Source: Flaviaestuariibacter sp. (GTDB lineage Bacteria > Bacteroidota > Bacteroidia > Chitinophagales > Chitinophagaceae). Taken from it: 58,588 nucleotides of DNA. A program made the translations under genes and the position numbers. Within the stretch, counting starts at the first letter, position 1, and each line of letters opens with the position of its first letter. Location of the stretch: NCBI GenBank assembly GCA_028288515.1, contig JAQBNP010000135.1, forward strand, positions 1 to 58,588, read 5' to 3'. Under the pieces are notes generated by a model. That model saw only the letters and a list, made by a program, of their open reading frames with translations, ran no database searches and had not been told where the DNA came from. This document shows positions 28,030 to 36,871 of this stretch, piece after piece.

Positions 28030-28471
28030 GGAAATGATTCGGAAGGCATTGTAAACAATTCGGAAGGCATTGGAAACAATTCGAAGACCATTGTAAATGA
28101 TTCGGAGACCATTGGAAACGATTCGGAGAGCTCTGTAAACGATTCGAAGAGCACTGTAAATGATTCGGAAGGCTCTGTAAACAATTCGAAGAGCATTGTA
28201 AATGATTCGGAGAACTCTGTAAACGATTCGGAAGGCACTGTAAACGATTCGGAAGGCACTGGAAACGATTCGGAAGGCACTGTAAACAATTCGAAGAGCA
28301 CTGTAAACGATTCGAAGAGCATTGAAAACGATTCGGAGAGCTTTGTAAACAATTCTGAAGCCATTGGAAACAATTTGAAGGGCAGTGGAAAATGATTCGG
28401 AAGGCACTGTAAACAATTCGAAGAGCATTGGAAACGATTCGAAGACCACTGCAACCAATTCGGAGAGCATC
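28030..28471. repeat. Tandem array of 21 imperfect 21-bp units (consensus GTAAACGATTCGGAAGGCACT)
   Basis: Units counted directly; unit 18 (28387-28408) carries a 1-nt insertion. Confidence 0.95.
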
Positions 28472-28701
28472 GTATTCCACCTGGAAACATACGGAGACCC
28501 CCTGGCCATTTCGCAGATCGACCGTTTCCGGGACCGTCAGCGAAACTGTGTCACGATCGGGGTTACCAGGAGATTGCCATTTTGTCGCCGAACAGGAGTT
28601 ATCGTTCTTGCGCACGCGCCCTGGTTTGAGTCACCGCTCGCAGCTGCCCCGGTCTTCGGCGTGTCCGGGTGTTCCGTAGCTTGCGCTCCAAATTTCTTTC
28701 C

Positions 28702-29586
28702 ATGGCGTTCGATCCCCGGCCCGGTCGCGTGAACCCCCGGCCCTACCTCATCGCGGCGATCATCGCCGTGCTCCTGCTCCTTGTGCTGCTGCTCACCAGG
28801 CGCAACCGGCCCGAGGCTCATTCGCCCGTCCCGACCCAACCTGCTGCCGGCCCGCGACCGGCGCGGGCGGAAAAGCAGGTGCCCGCCGTGGTCATCGACC
28901 GCCCGGAGATCCCCGGCACCGCCGGCGGCCAGGTCATCCAGCGCGCCGGCTACACGCTGTGCTACGACGAAGCCGCCGAGCAGCCATCCTGGGTTGCCTA
29001 CGTACTCACCGCAGCCGAGGTCAGGGCAGCGCACCTGCCCCGGACAAACCGGTTCCTCCGCGATCCCAACCTGTCAACAGGCTCAGCGGACGACGCCGAT
29101 TACGAAGGATCGGGCTATGACCGCGGCCACCTCGCCCCGGCCGAAGACCTTTCCTATTCTGCCGCCACCATGCGGGAGTCATTCTATTACAGCAATATGA
29201 GCCCGCAGCTGCCGGCCTTCAACCGCGGCACCTGGAAACGGCTCGAGGAGCTCGTCCGCTATTGGGCGGCGACCTACGACAGCCTCGCGGTCGTGACCGG
29301 CCCGGTACTGGCGGCCGGCCTCCCCGTGATCGGCCATAACGCCGTTGCCGTCCCCGCGGCCTACTACAAGGTGGTGCTGCGCTACAGCGCGTCGGGGGTG
29401 GAAGCGATCGGCTTTCTTGTTCCCCATGCCGCCTCCGGCTCAAGCCTGCGCACCTTCGCCGTTCCGGTGGACGAGGTCGAGAAACGAACGGGAATCGACT
29501 TCTTCCCCCAGCTTCCGGACAGCCTGGAAACCGCTGTGGAAGCCAAACTGGGGGCGGACAGCTGGTTGTGGCGCCGTGTAAAATGA
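28702..29586 (+). CDS. Membrane-anchored DNA/RNA non-specific endonuclease (NucA/EndoG family)
   Basis: N-terminal TM; YDRGHLAP, NMSPQ, FNRGTWKRLE, GIDFFP. Confidence 0.92.
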   Translation: MAFDPRPGRVNPRPYLIAAIIAVLLLLVLLLTRRNRPEAHSPVPTQPAAGPRPARAEKQVPAVVIDRPEIPGTAGGQVIQRAGYTLCYDEAAEQPSWVAYVLTAAEVRAAHLPRTNRFLRDPNLSTGSADDADYEGSGYDRGHLAPAEDLSYSAATMRESFYYSNMSPQLPAFNRGTWKRLEELVRYWAATYDSLAVVTGPVLAAGLPVIGHNAVAVPAAYYKVVLRYSASGVEAIGFLVPHAASGSSLRTFAVPVDEVEKRTGIDFFPQLPDSLETAVEAKLGADSWLWRRVK

Positions 29587-29689
29587 ACGGGCCTGGCCTG
29601 CGGTGAGTGAGCGGATGTCCTATCTTCGTTAAAACCGCCAGGGCCGGGCTGCTCGCCGCATCCCATTCGCCATGCCATAATTCAGTCCC

Positions 29690-30745
29690 ATGAGCACCGG
29701 AACCAACCCCAACAATACCATCGATACCAACCTGCTGCGGCAGATCGCCTTTATCCTCGTGATCCTCTTCCTGGGCATCATCCTCGTTCGGGAGCTCTGG
29801 TTCTTTTTCTCCGCTTTTCTCGGCGCCGTTACCTTTTATGTCATCATGCGGAACCGCATGTTCTACCTCGTGGAGCGCCGAGGCTGGAAGCCCGCCAAGG
29901 CCGCAACCGTTCTTTTGCTTCTTTCCTTCTTCGTCATCCTTGTGCCGATCGGCCTGCTCGGAAATATTCTTTATTCGAAGGTGAGCTACCTGGCCACCCA
30001 CTCCGCGGAAACAATGGCATCGCTGAAAAAGCTGGCAGTCCAGGTGAAGGAAAAGGTCGGCTACGACATCATCAATTTCAACGCGATCAACCAGCTTGGT
30101 ACCCATCTGGCGGCGCTGCTGCCAAAAGTGTTGGGCGTGACGCTGAACACCCTGACGATCATCGCGGCCATGTATTTCATCCTGTTCTTTATGCTCATCA
30201 AGGGCCGATCGATGGAAGATGCGCTGTATGAGTACATCCCGCTGAAGGACGGCAACGTGGAGCTGATCGGGCAGGAGGTCAAGACAATGGTGATCGCCAA
30301 CACGATCGGCATTCCCCTGATCGCCTTCATCCAGGGCGTCGTCGGTTTGATCGGTTACCTCATCATCGGCATCGACGAGCCCTGGCTGTGGTTTGTGGCA
30401 ACCTGCATCTCGGCCATGCTGCCGGTTGTGGGCGCGGCAGTGGTTTATGTACCGCTGAGCATCATGCTGTTTGCCAAGGGCGATACAGGCCGGGGCCTCG
30501 CGATGCTGGCCTGGGGCTTCCTTCTGATCGGCCTTGTCGACAACGTCGTGAGGTTGATGCTGAACAAGAAGCTGGGCGATATCCATCCCCTGATCACCAT
30601 TTTCGGCGTGATCGTTGGCATCCAGCTCTTCGGTTTTATCGGGCTGATCTTCGGACCGCTGCTGATCTCGCTCTTTTTGCTCCTGCTTCGGATCTATGGA
30701 AGCGAGTTCCTGCAAAAAAGAAGGGAAACAAGGCGGGTAAAATAG
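29690..30745 (+). CDS. AI-2E family transporter
   Basis: QG, PVVG, DNVVR, HPLITIFGVIVG, FGFIGLIFGP. Confidence 0.92.
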   Translation: MSTGTNPNNTIDTNLLRQIAFILVILFLGIILVRELWFFFSAFLGAVTFYVIMRNRMFYLVERRGWKPAKAATVLLLLSFFVILVPIGLLGNILYSKVSYLATHSAETMASLKKLAVQVKEKVGYDIINFNAINQLGTHLAALLPKVLGVTLNTLTIIAAMYFILFFMLIKGRSMEDALYEYIPLKDGNVELIGQEVKTMVIANTIGIPLIAFIQGVVGLIGYLIIGIDEPWLWFVATCISAMLPVVGAAVVYVPLSIMLFAKGDTGRGLAMLAWGFLLIGLVDNVVRLMLNKKLGDIHPLITIFGVIVGIQLFGFIGLIFGPLLISLFLLLLRIYGSEFLQKRRETRRVK

Positions 30746-30908
30746 CCCGCTCACCGTGCCAGGTTAACCTCTGCAACAGATTCTTTTTCAGCACTTTAAC
30801 ATCGGTGTTAAGCTTAGGGTAATGCTTGGGGACTTTCTTGTATACCTGGGGCAGACATACTACATTTGCTCTCGCAACGTTCAATCATCCTGAAACACAC
30901 GAAAAACC

Positions 30909-31664
30909 ATGAAAAAGACCATCTTACCACTGATCGCCTGCTTTTTGGTGTCCTTCGCGCTTCTGCCAGTTCTGAAAGCCGGAAGTAACACAGGCGCCGC
31001 AGTGAACGCCCCTGCTTTCAACGACTCCGCTGCTTCTATCGACAACACAGCCTCTTCAAATTCTGCCGAGGCGGTCGCCAACTCTCTCTATACAACTCTC
31101 AACCTGAAAAGCATCGGTCTTTCTTTCGACGCGCTGAAATATGCCCTAAAAGGATACCGCCAGCTGGTTGACAACGGCACCCTCTCGAACGACGAGGTGC
31201 TGACCGTGATCGACTTCAGCCAGCCTTCTTCCAAAAAGCGGATGTATATCCTCGATGTGAAGAATAACAAAGTGCTTCTCAATACCTACGTCGCTCATGG
31301 CAAGAACACCGGCCTTCAGTATGCCGAGCATTTCTCAAACCGTCCCGAATCGCTGCAGAGCAGCCTTGGCTTCTATGTGACCAAAAGCACATACTCCGGT
31401 AAGCACGGCACGTCGCTGCGCCTGGAAGGACTCGAGAAAGGCTGGAACGATCGCGCTGAAGAAAGAGCAGTGGTGGTTCACGGAGCTGAATATATCGGAA
31501 GCAGTCGCGCTGATGCCGCTTATATGGGCCGCAGCTGGGGTTGCCCCGCGGTACCACAGTCGCAGGTCGGTACGGTGATCAACCTGATCAAAGGCGGCAC
31601 TTGCCTCTTCATCTACCATCCGTCTGCCGACTACCTGCAGGAATCGCAGCTTCTCAACTCGTAA
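30909..31664 (+). CDS. Murein L,D-transpeptidase catalytic domain protein (YkuD_2)
   Basis: IDFSQPS, VAHGKN, SSLGFY, VVHGA, GRSWGCPA; TACATTTG promoter at 30861. Confidence 0.9.
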   Translation: MKKTILPLIACFLVSFALLPVLKAGSNTGAAVNAPAFNDSAASIDNTASSNSAEAVANSLYTTLNLKSIGLSFDALKYALKGYRQLVDNGTLSNDEVLTVIDFSQPSSKKRMYILDVKNNKVLLNTYVAHGKNTGLQYAEHFSNRPESLQSSLGFYVTKSTYSGKHGTSLRLEGLEKGWNDRAEERAVVVHGAEYIGSSRADAAYMGRSWGCPAVPQSQVGTVINLIKGGTCLFIYHPSADYLQESQLLNS

Positions 31665-31684
31665 TACAACCGCTCTGATGATAT

Positions 31685-31713
31685 GGCCTGTCCCGAAAGG
31701 ACGGGCCTTTTTT
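31685..31713 (+). terminator. Intrinsic terminator
   Basis: GGCCTGTCC-CGAAA-GGACGGGCC-TTTTTT. Confidence 0.7.
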
Positions 31714-31803
31714 ATGCCGGTATGGAACGGGGCAACCCGCATAAAAACGCGTCGGCCCGGCCCTGCCACCATTCGCACGCCGTCCGCCGCCGCCCATCCA
31801 CGG

Positions 31804-31819
31804 CTTAACGTTATTTAAC
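31804..31819 (+). promoter_or_regulatory. TTAAC-N5-TTAAC direct repeat (putative OmpR-family box)
   Basis: CTTAACGTTATTTAAC; near-identical site on the - strand at 36816-36831. Confidence 0.55.
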
Positions 31820-31867
31820 AACCCGTCACATTGGTTCCGAATAACTTCGTAGCTAATACCAAAGCTT

Positions 31868-34765
31868 ATGTCTCGACTTGTTTTTCTGGCCCTGCTTTTC
31901 TGCAGCAGCCTTGCTTACGGTCAAAAGACCCCCGGCATCGTGAAGGGCATCCTGCTCGACGGCACCGCAACAACCAAAGTTCCCCTCGATGACGCCACCG
32001 TCTCGATCATGAATGCAAAAGATTCCTCCCTCGTCTCCTTCTCCCTGTCCTCCAACAGCGGCTATTTCGAGATCAAGAACCTGGAGGCCGGATCCTACTA
32101 CCTCCTTGTGTCCTATGCGGGCTTTGAAACGGTCAAGCGATCCTTCAGCATCAGCGCCGAGAAGCCCGTAGAAGACCTGGCCGAGATCAAAATGGGAAAG
32201 GCCTTCCGGACGCTCAACGAGGTTGTGGTCACAGACGTGGCGCCGATCAAGGTCAAGGGAGATACGGTGGAATTCAACGCCGGCTCGTTCAAAACGAAGC
32301 CAAATGCAAATGTCGAGGACCTGCTGAAGAAGCTACCCGGCGTTCAGGTGGAAAAAGACGGCACCGTGAAAGCCCAGGGCGAGACCGTGCAAAAAGTATA
32401 TGTCGACGGAAAGGAGTTTTTCGGGAACGACCCGAAACTTGCCACAAAGAACCTGTCAGCCGATATGGTCGAAAGCGTGCAGGTCTATGATGACATGAGC
32501 GAGCAGGCCAAATTCAGCAAGATCGATGACGGCAGCAAATCCAAAGCGATCAATATCAAGCTCAAAAAGGACAAGAAGAACGGTCTCTTCGGCAAGGCTA
32601 TGGCCGGCTACGGCAGCGACAACCGCTATGATGCCACGCTGAGCCTGAACCGGTTCAAAGGCAACCGGCAGATCTCCCTGATCGGCGCCGCGAACAATGT
32701 CAACAAGCAGGGCTTCGCTTTCTCCGACGTGATCTCGTCAATGGGAGGCATGGGCGCCATGATGAATGGCGGTGGCGGCGGAATGGGTGGCGGCAATATG
32801 GTGATGGGAAGCCGAACCGGCGGCGGTGGCGGCGCAAGCCCCGTGGGTGGCGCATCAGCGACCGGCATCTCACGCTCCCTCTCCACCGGCCTCAACTACC
32901 GCGATGTCTGGAGCCCGAAGATCGACGCCAATGGCAGCCTCTTCTATTCCAACACGCGCAATGAAAAGATCCAGAACAGCCTGCGGCAGACGGCCCTTTC
33001 GCCGGATACCACCCTCCTGAACAGCACCAACAGCCGTGGTATCAGCCAGAACAGTAACCTGCGCTTCAACATGCGGATCGAATACCGCATCGACTCCATG
33101 AACTCGCTTCTCTATACACCCAGCATGACGATGCAGCGCTCGGAAAGCAACAGCCTCGACAGCTCCCTGGTGAGCACGTCGGCAACAGGTGGCAACCACC
33201 TCCTGTCGCGGTCGCTCAACCGCAGCACGAGTGAGCGCAACGGCTATAACCTGAACCAGAACCTCTTGTGGCGCCACCGGTTTGCACGCCCAGGGCGCAC
33301 CGTGACCCTCGGCTGGACCAACGCGCTGAGCCACAGCAAAGGCGAAGGGAACGCCTTCTCACCGATCACCTACTTCGACGCAGCTGGCAACCCGGCCATG
33401 ACGCGCACGCAGGACCAGGAAACGGAGCAGCGCACCGATGCGAATAACAATACGGTCAGCACATCGTATACGGAGCCGATCGGCCGCAACAAGATCCTCG
33501 AGCTCAATTATGCTTATACCAATAACCACTCGACGTCGGACCGGGTGGCGAACTCATACAACCCCCTTTCCGGCAAGTACGATGTCGTCAGCATGAGCCA
33601 GACCAACTCCTTCGACAACAGGTACCAATCAAACCGCGTCGGGGCCAACTTCCGGATCCAGCAGCGCAAATACAACTACCAGCTCGGCATGGGCCTCCAG
33701 TTCGGGGAGCTCACCAATCATACGCAGCGCGCCAGCAACGGGTTCAAGGATTCGGTGACGAAGCAGTCCTACACCAACCTCTTCCCGACGGCCAACTTCA
33801 CCTATAATTTCGCGCGCAGCAAATCACTCCGGTTCTCCTACCGCGGCCGGACAAACCAGCCGGGCGTTTCGCAGCTGCAGCCGATCACGGACTCGAGCAA
33901 CCTCCTCTACATCACAAAAGGCAACCCGGCCCTGGGCCAGGAGTTCTCCAACAGCTTCAACGCCAGCTACAGCACGTTCAACATGATCTCGTTCAAATAC
34001 TACGCGGCGAACATCAACTTCAGCCAGACCTCAAACAAGATCGTGAACCATGTGACGATCGCTCCGAACGGCTCGCAGACCACGCAGCCCATCAATATGG
34101 ACGGCGCTTACAACGGCTCGGCCTTTTTCGCGCTGGGGATGCCGATGCGCAAGGTGAAAGGACTCAACATCAACCTGAACTCGGTGGCCGTTTACAACCA
34201 CGACGTCAGCCGCCAGACGGATTTCAAAAGCGGTATGCAGGACAATTACACAAACACGCTCCTCCTGACACAGACGGCCGGCGTCAGCTACAACTACAAG
34301 GACAAGCTCGACCTTGGCTTCAATGGAGGCCTGACGTACAACGATTTCCATAACAAGCTTCAGAAAGCGACGAACCAGAGCTACCTGTCGCAGACGTACT
34401 CGGTGGACGCGACGTATACGTTCAAGCACAATATCATCCTCAGCTCCGACTTCGACTATTTCGTGAACAACGGCCGCGCTGCCGGGTTCAACCAGAACGT
34501 TCCGATGTGGAATGCCTCGATTGCCAAGCAGTTCCTGAAGGCGAAGCAGGCCGAGGTCCGGTTCTCGGTCAACGACATCCTGAACCAGAACCAGAGCGTA
34601 ACGCGCAACACGGGCGCAAACTATTTCGAGGACGTGCAGACGAATGTGCTGCGCCGCTATTTTATGCTGTCATTTACGTACAACCTCAACCGCATGGGCG
34701 GCAAGAACATGTTCCAGATGCCGCGCATGATGGAGCGCCAGACAAGGAATTTGAGGATGCAATGA
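31868..34765 (+). CDS. Outer-membrane beta-barrel / TonB-dependent-like protein with carboxypeptidase-regulatory-like N-domain
   Basis: Signal peptide; KGDTVEFNA, VEDLLKKLPG, VDGKEFFGNDP; ends RYFMLSFTYNL. Confidence 0.88.
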   Translation: MSRLVFLALLFCSSLAYGQKTPGIVKGILLDGTATTKVPLDDATVSIMNAKDSSLVSFSLSSNSGYFEIKNLEAGSYYLLVSYAGFETVKRSFSISAEKPVEDLAEIKMGKAFRTLNEVVVTDVAPIKVKGDTVEFNAGSFKTKPNANVEDLLKKLPGVQVEKDGTVKAQGETVQKVYVDGKEFFGNDPKLATKNLSADMVESVQVYDDMSEQAKFSKIDDGSKSKAINIKLKKDKKNGLFGKAMAGYGSDNRYDATLSLNRFKGNRQISLIGAANNVNKQGFAFSDVISSMGGMGAMMNGGGGGMGGGNMVMGSRTGGGGGASPVGGASATGISRSLSTGLNYRDVWSPKIDANGSLFYSNTRNEKIQNSLRQTALSPDTTLLNSTNSRGISQNSNLRFNMRIEYRIDSMNSLLYTPSMTMQRSESNSLDSSLVSTSATGGNHLLSRSLNRSTSERNGYNLNQNLLWRHRFARPGRTVTLGWTNALSHSKGEGNAFSPITYFDAAGNPAMTRTQDQETEQRTDANNNTVSTSYTEPIGRNKILELNYAYTNNHSTSDRVANSYNPLSGKYDVVSMSQTNSFDNRYQSNRVGANFRIQQRKYNYQLGMGLQFGELTNHTQRASNGFKDSVTKQSYTNLFPTANFTYNFARSKSLRFSYRGRTNQPGVSQLQPITDSSNLLYITKGNPALGQEFSNSFNASYSTFNMISFKYYAANINFSQTSNKIVNHVTIAPNGSQTTQPINMDGAYNGSAFFALGMPMRKVKGLNINLNSVAVYNHDVSRQTDFKSGMQDNYTNTLLLTQTAGVSYNYKDKLDLGFNGGLTYNDFHNKLQKATNQSYLSQTYSVDATYTFKHNIILSSDFDYFVNNGRAAGFNQNVPMWNASIAKQFLKAKQAEVRFSVNDILNQNQSVTRNTGANYFEDVQTNVLRRYFMLSFTYNLNRMGGKNMFQMPRMMERQTRNLRMQ

Positions 34766-34771
34766 TGAGAA

Positions 34772-34812
34772 GTGAATAGTCAATAGGGAATAGTCAATAG
34801 GGAATAGTGAAT
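34772..34812. repeat. Heptamer tandem tract (GTGAATA/GTCAATA/GGGAATA)
   Basis: About six 7-nt units directly after the stop codon. Confidence 0.7.
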
Positions 34813-34879
34813 GGCGGGAGTGGTGAGTCGTGAGAAAGTGAATGACCAAAAACCTGCAAAATCTGCAACCTGGACTACA

Positions 34880-34922
34880 TAAAAAGCAGAAGCTCTTCAT
34901 TTTGAAGAGCTTCTGCTTTTTA
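34880..34922. terminator. Perfect 20-bp-stem hairpin, bidirectional terminator
   Basis: TAAAAAGCAGAAGCTCTTCA-TTT-TGAAGAGCTTCTGCTTTTTA. Confidence 0.8.
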
Positions 34923-34970
34923 CAATCGTGCCGGGCCTGGCGTCCGAAGAGGTCCGAGGCCGCCCGCCGG

Positions 34971-35144
34971 TTATTTGATGGAACGACGTTTCATGGACGC
35001 GTATGTGGGCGCAACCGTGGTGCGGCCGAAAACCAATACGCCAAGGATCGACTTCGCAAAATGGATGGGGTTGAACGATGGCTTGTAATACGCTTCGTAA
35101 ACCTTTACCTCGTGATGCAATTGAGAGACTGTTTTGTTTTTCAT
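34971..35144 (-). CDS. Small basic protein, 57 aa (MKNKTVSQLHHEVKVYEAYYKPSFNPIHFAKSILGVLVFGRTTVAPTYASMKRRSIK)
   Basis: Hand-translated; AT-rich leader; points into the 34880 terminator. Confidence 0.55.
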   Translation of the reverse strand: MKNKTVSQLHHEVKVYEAYYKPSFNPIHFAKSILGVLVFGRTTVAPTYASMKRRSIK

Positions 35145-35257
35145 GTAGGATGGTTTAAGTGATAAGACGCAAGTAAGATAATAAAAATTGTGGATAACTC
35201 GCAGTTTTTCTGTGGATTTCCTATTTACTTTAGCCGGAGAATTCTAAACCGATCCTT

Positions 35258-35839
35258 ATGAAGTACCCCCAACGGCTCCTGCTCGCGGCAGCTCTTGCCT
35301 GCTCTCTTTCCAGTTTCGCACAGCTAAAATCCCCCGCTAACGCCTCCTTCCGCAGCGACATTCAAAAGCTTGTTGAAGACTACCCGCACGGGTTCGCCAC
35401 GTACCGCGGCGCCACCCTTGAAAAGAACCCGCAGACGACGGAATATGCCTCCAAACTCACGCCCAGCGGGGCCAAGGGGGCCAGCATCACCCAGTACAGC
35501 GCCGGGGCCAGGCCGGTCTACAGCTTCCAGGCCACTATGCTCGAAACGGAAGAGTTTGAGGAGGCCTCGCGCAAATACAAATGGCTCTACACCCAGCTGA
35601 AAGGAATGAACGTCCGCTACGTGGTCGACCAGTATACGCTCCAGGGACGCTACGAGGCCCCCGACGAAAGCAAGGGCTTCTCAACAAGCACCCTCACGAT
35701 CTTCGGTCCGCCCTCGCCACTCCGCAAGTTGAAGGTGGAGGTCTCCATGCAGTTTGAATTTCCGAATTGGAAAGTGGGCCTGGCGGTGTTCGAGAAGGAA
35801 CGCGAGGACGAAGAGAAAGGAGCGGAAACGGACCAGTGA
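35258..35839 (+). CDS. Hypothetical secreted protein
   Basis: Signal peptide ending SFA-Q; own terminator. Confidence 0.8.
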   Translation: MKYPQRLLLAAALACSLSSFAQLKSPANASFRSDIQKLVEDYPHGFATYRGATLEKNPQTTEYASKLTPSGAKGASITQYSAGARPVYSFQATMLETEEFEEASRKYKWLYTQLKGMNVRYVVDQYTLQGRYEAPDESKGFSTSTLTIFGPPSPLRKLKVEVSMQFEFPNWKVGLAVFEKEREDEEKGAETDQ

Positions 35840-35864
35840 AGACCGAATGACAATGGAATGCACC

Positions 35865-35901
35865 ATAAAAAGCGCGGGGACATCGTCCCCGCGCTTTTTA
35901 T
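35865..35901. terminator. Bidirectional intrinsic terminator
   Basis: ATAAAAAGCGCGGGGAC-ATC-GTCCCCGCGCTTTTTAT. Confidence 0.85.
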
Positions 35902-35918
35902 ATTAAGACGCTTGCTGC

Positions 35919-36746
35919 CTAGTTTGAAAAGATCCGGACATTGCTGCCGGCCGGCATATTCTTGCGCATCTCTTCCATCATAGCGTCGCGCTCTTTATCA
36001 AACTCAGCGTTCGTAAGTCGCTTGCCACCCTTGGGCTCCTTGATCGACGAGAGGGACACCTTCGGTGAGATCTCGACCGCCTTGTACACCGTGCGGCCAT
36101 TGTTGATGTCCAGCTCGAGGATCAGCCCCGGCAGCTGGCCCTGCATATCCTGCGGTCCTGCTTTCACTGGGAAATCGGTCGTGAACCAGGCAACAATCGT
36201 TGATGTATCAGCCACCGGCATGCGCTTCATCTCTCCGTTCTCCATCGTCATATTCATGCGGGTGCCATAACGCATCGCAATTGCTTTCTGGGCAGGGTGA
36301 CCCAGGATGGACTTCGCTTCGCCGGTCAGCTTCCACCCGAGCCGGGCGATGCTGTCCTCAACAAGGAAGGATTTATCGAACATCTCGCGCTTGTCGAGGC
36401 GCTTTCCCGTGGCAAAATTGAAATAGGTAACGTCGTCATTGCCGGCCATCCGGAACTGAACGCCCGGTGCGCTGAACGTGTTGTTGTCACCTTCCGCTTT
36501 GGGAAGGCTGCGCCAGAGCGACTGGTCCGCACCGAACAGAAGCTCGAACTGGTCCGTGCGCGATGCCGGGATGCGGGCCGCCAGCTCGGGGTCCATATTC
36601 TGGGGACGGCGCATCTGCATGGTGCGCTCAAAAACGACTTTTCCTTCCTTGGCGGGAGCGCCGGTGATGGACGCTTTTCCTTCTTCATTCTGGGCGCCGG
36701 CCACCGTTGCAATGAGCAGGCAGAGCGGCAATACGATCTTTTTCAT
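35919..36746 (-). CDS. GLPGLI family protein
   Basis: Signal peptide; WKLTGE, AWFT, AGP...GQLPGLILE. Confidence 0.9.
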   Translation of the reverse strand: MKKIVLPLCLLIATVAGAQNEEGKASITGAPAKEGKVVFERTMQMRRPQNMDPELAARIPASRTDQFELLFGADQSLWRSLPKAEGDNNTFSAPGVQFRMAGNDDVTYFNFATGKRLDKREMFDKSFLVEDSIARLGWKLTGEAKSILGHPAQKAIAMRYGTRMNMTMENGEMKRMPVADTSTIVAWFTTDFPVKAGPQDMQGQLPGLILELDINNGRTVYKAVEISPKVSLSSIKEPKGGKRLTNAEFDKERDAMMEEMRKNMPAGSNVRIFSN

Positions 36747-36815
36747 GTTGTCAGATGGTTTCTCCAAAACTAAACGAACGTTATCGTAGTTGTCGTTAAA
36801 TCACGTTGGAAGAAG

Positions 36816-36831
36816 GTTAATTATCGTTAAG
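36816..36831 (-). promoter_or_regulatory. TTAAC-N5-TTAAC direct repeat (putative OmpR-family box)
   Basis: - strand CTTAACGATAATTAAC upstream of GLPGLI, which also has a TAGTTTTG -7 box. Confidence 0.55.
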
Positions 36832-36871
36832 TGCTGTATGAACGGCAAGCGGATCGGGTAAATTTGTTGAA

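Noticed and set aside
28030-28471. CRISPR array
   Set aside because: Units are contiguous with no unique spacers, and no cas genes are present in the window.
27860-28732. Overlapping heptad-repeat ORFs across the array as genuine CDSs
   Set aside because: They follow automatically from a nearly stop-free 21-bp unit. None has a convincing start, and the most protein-like + frame is frameshifted.
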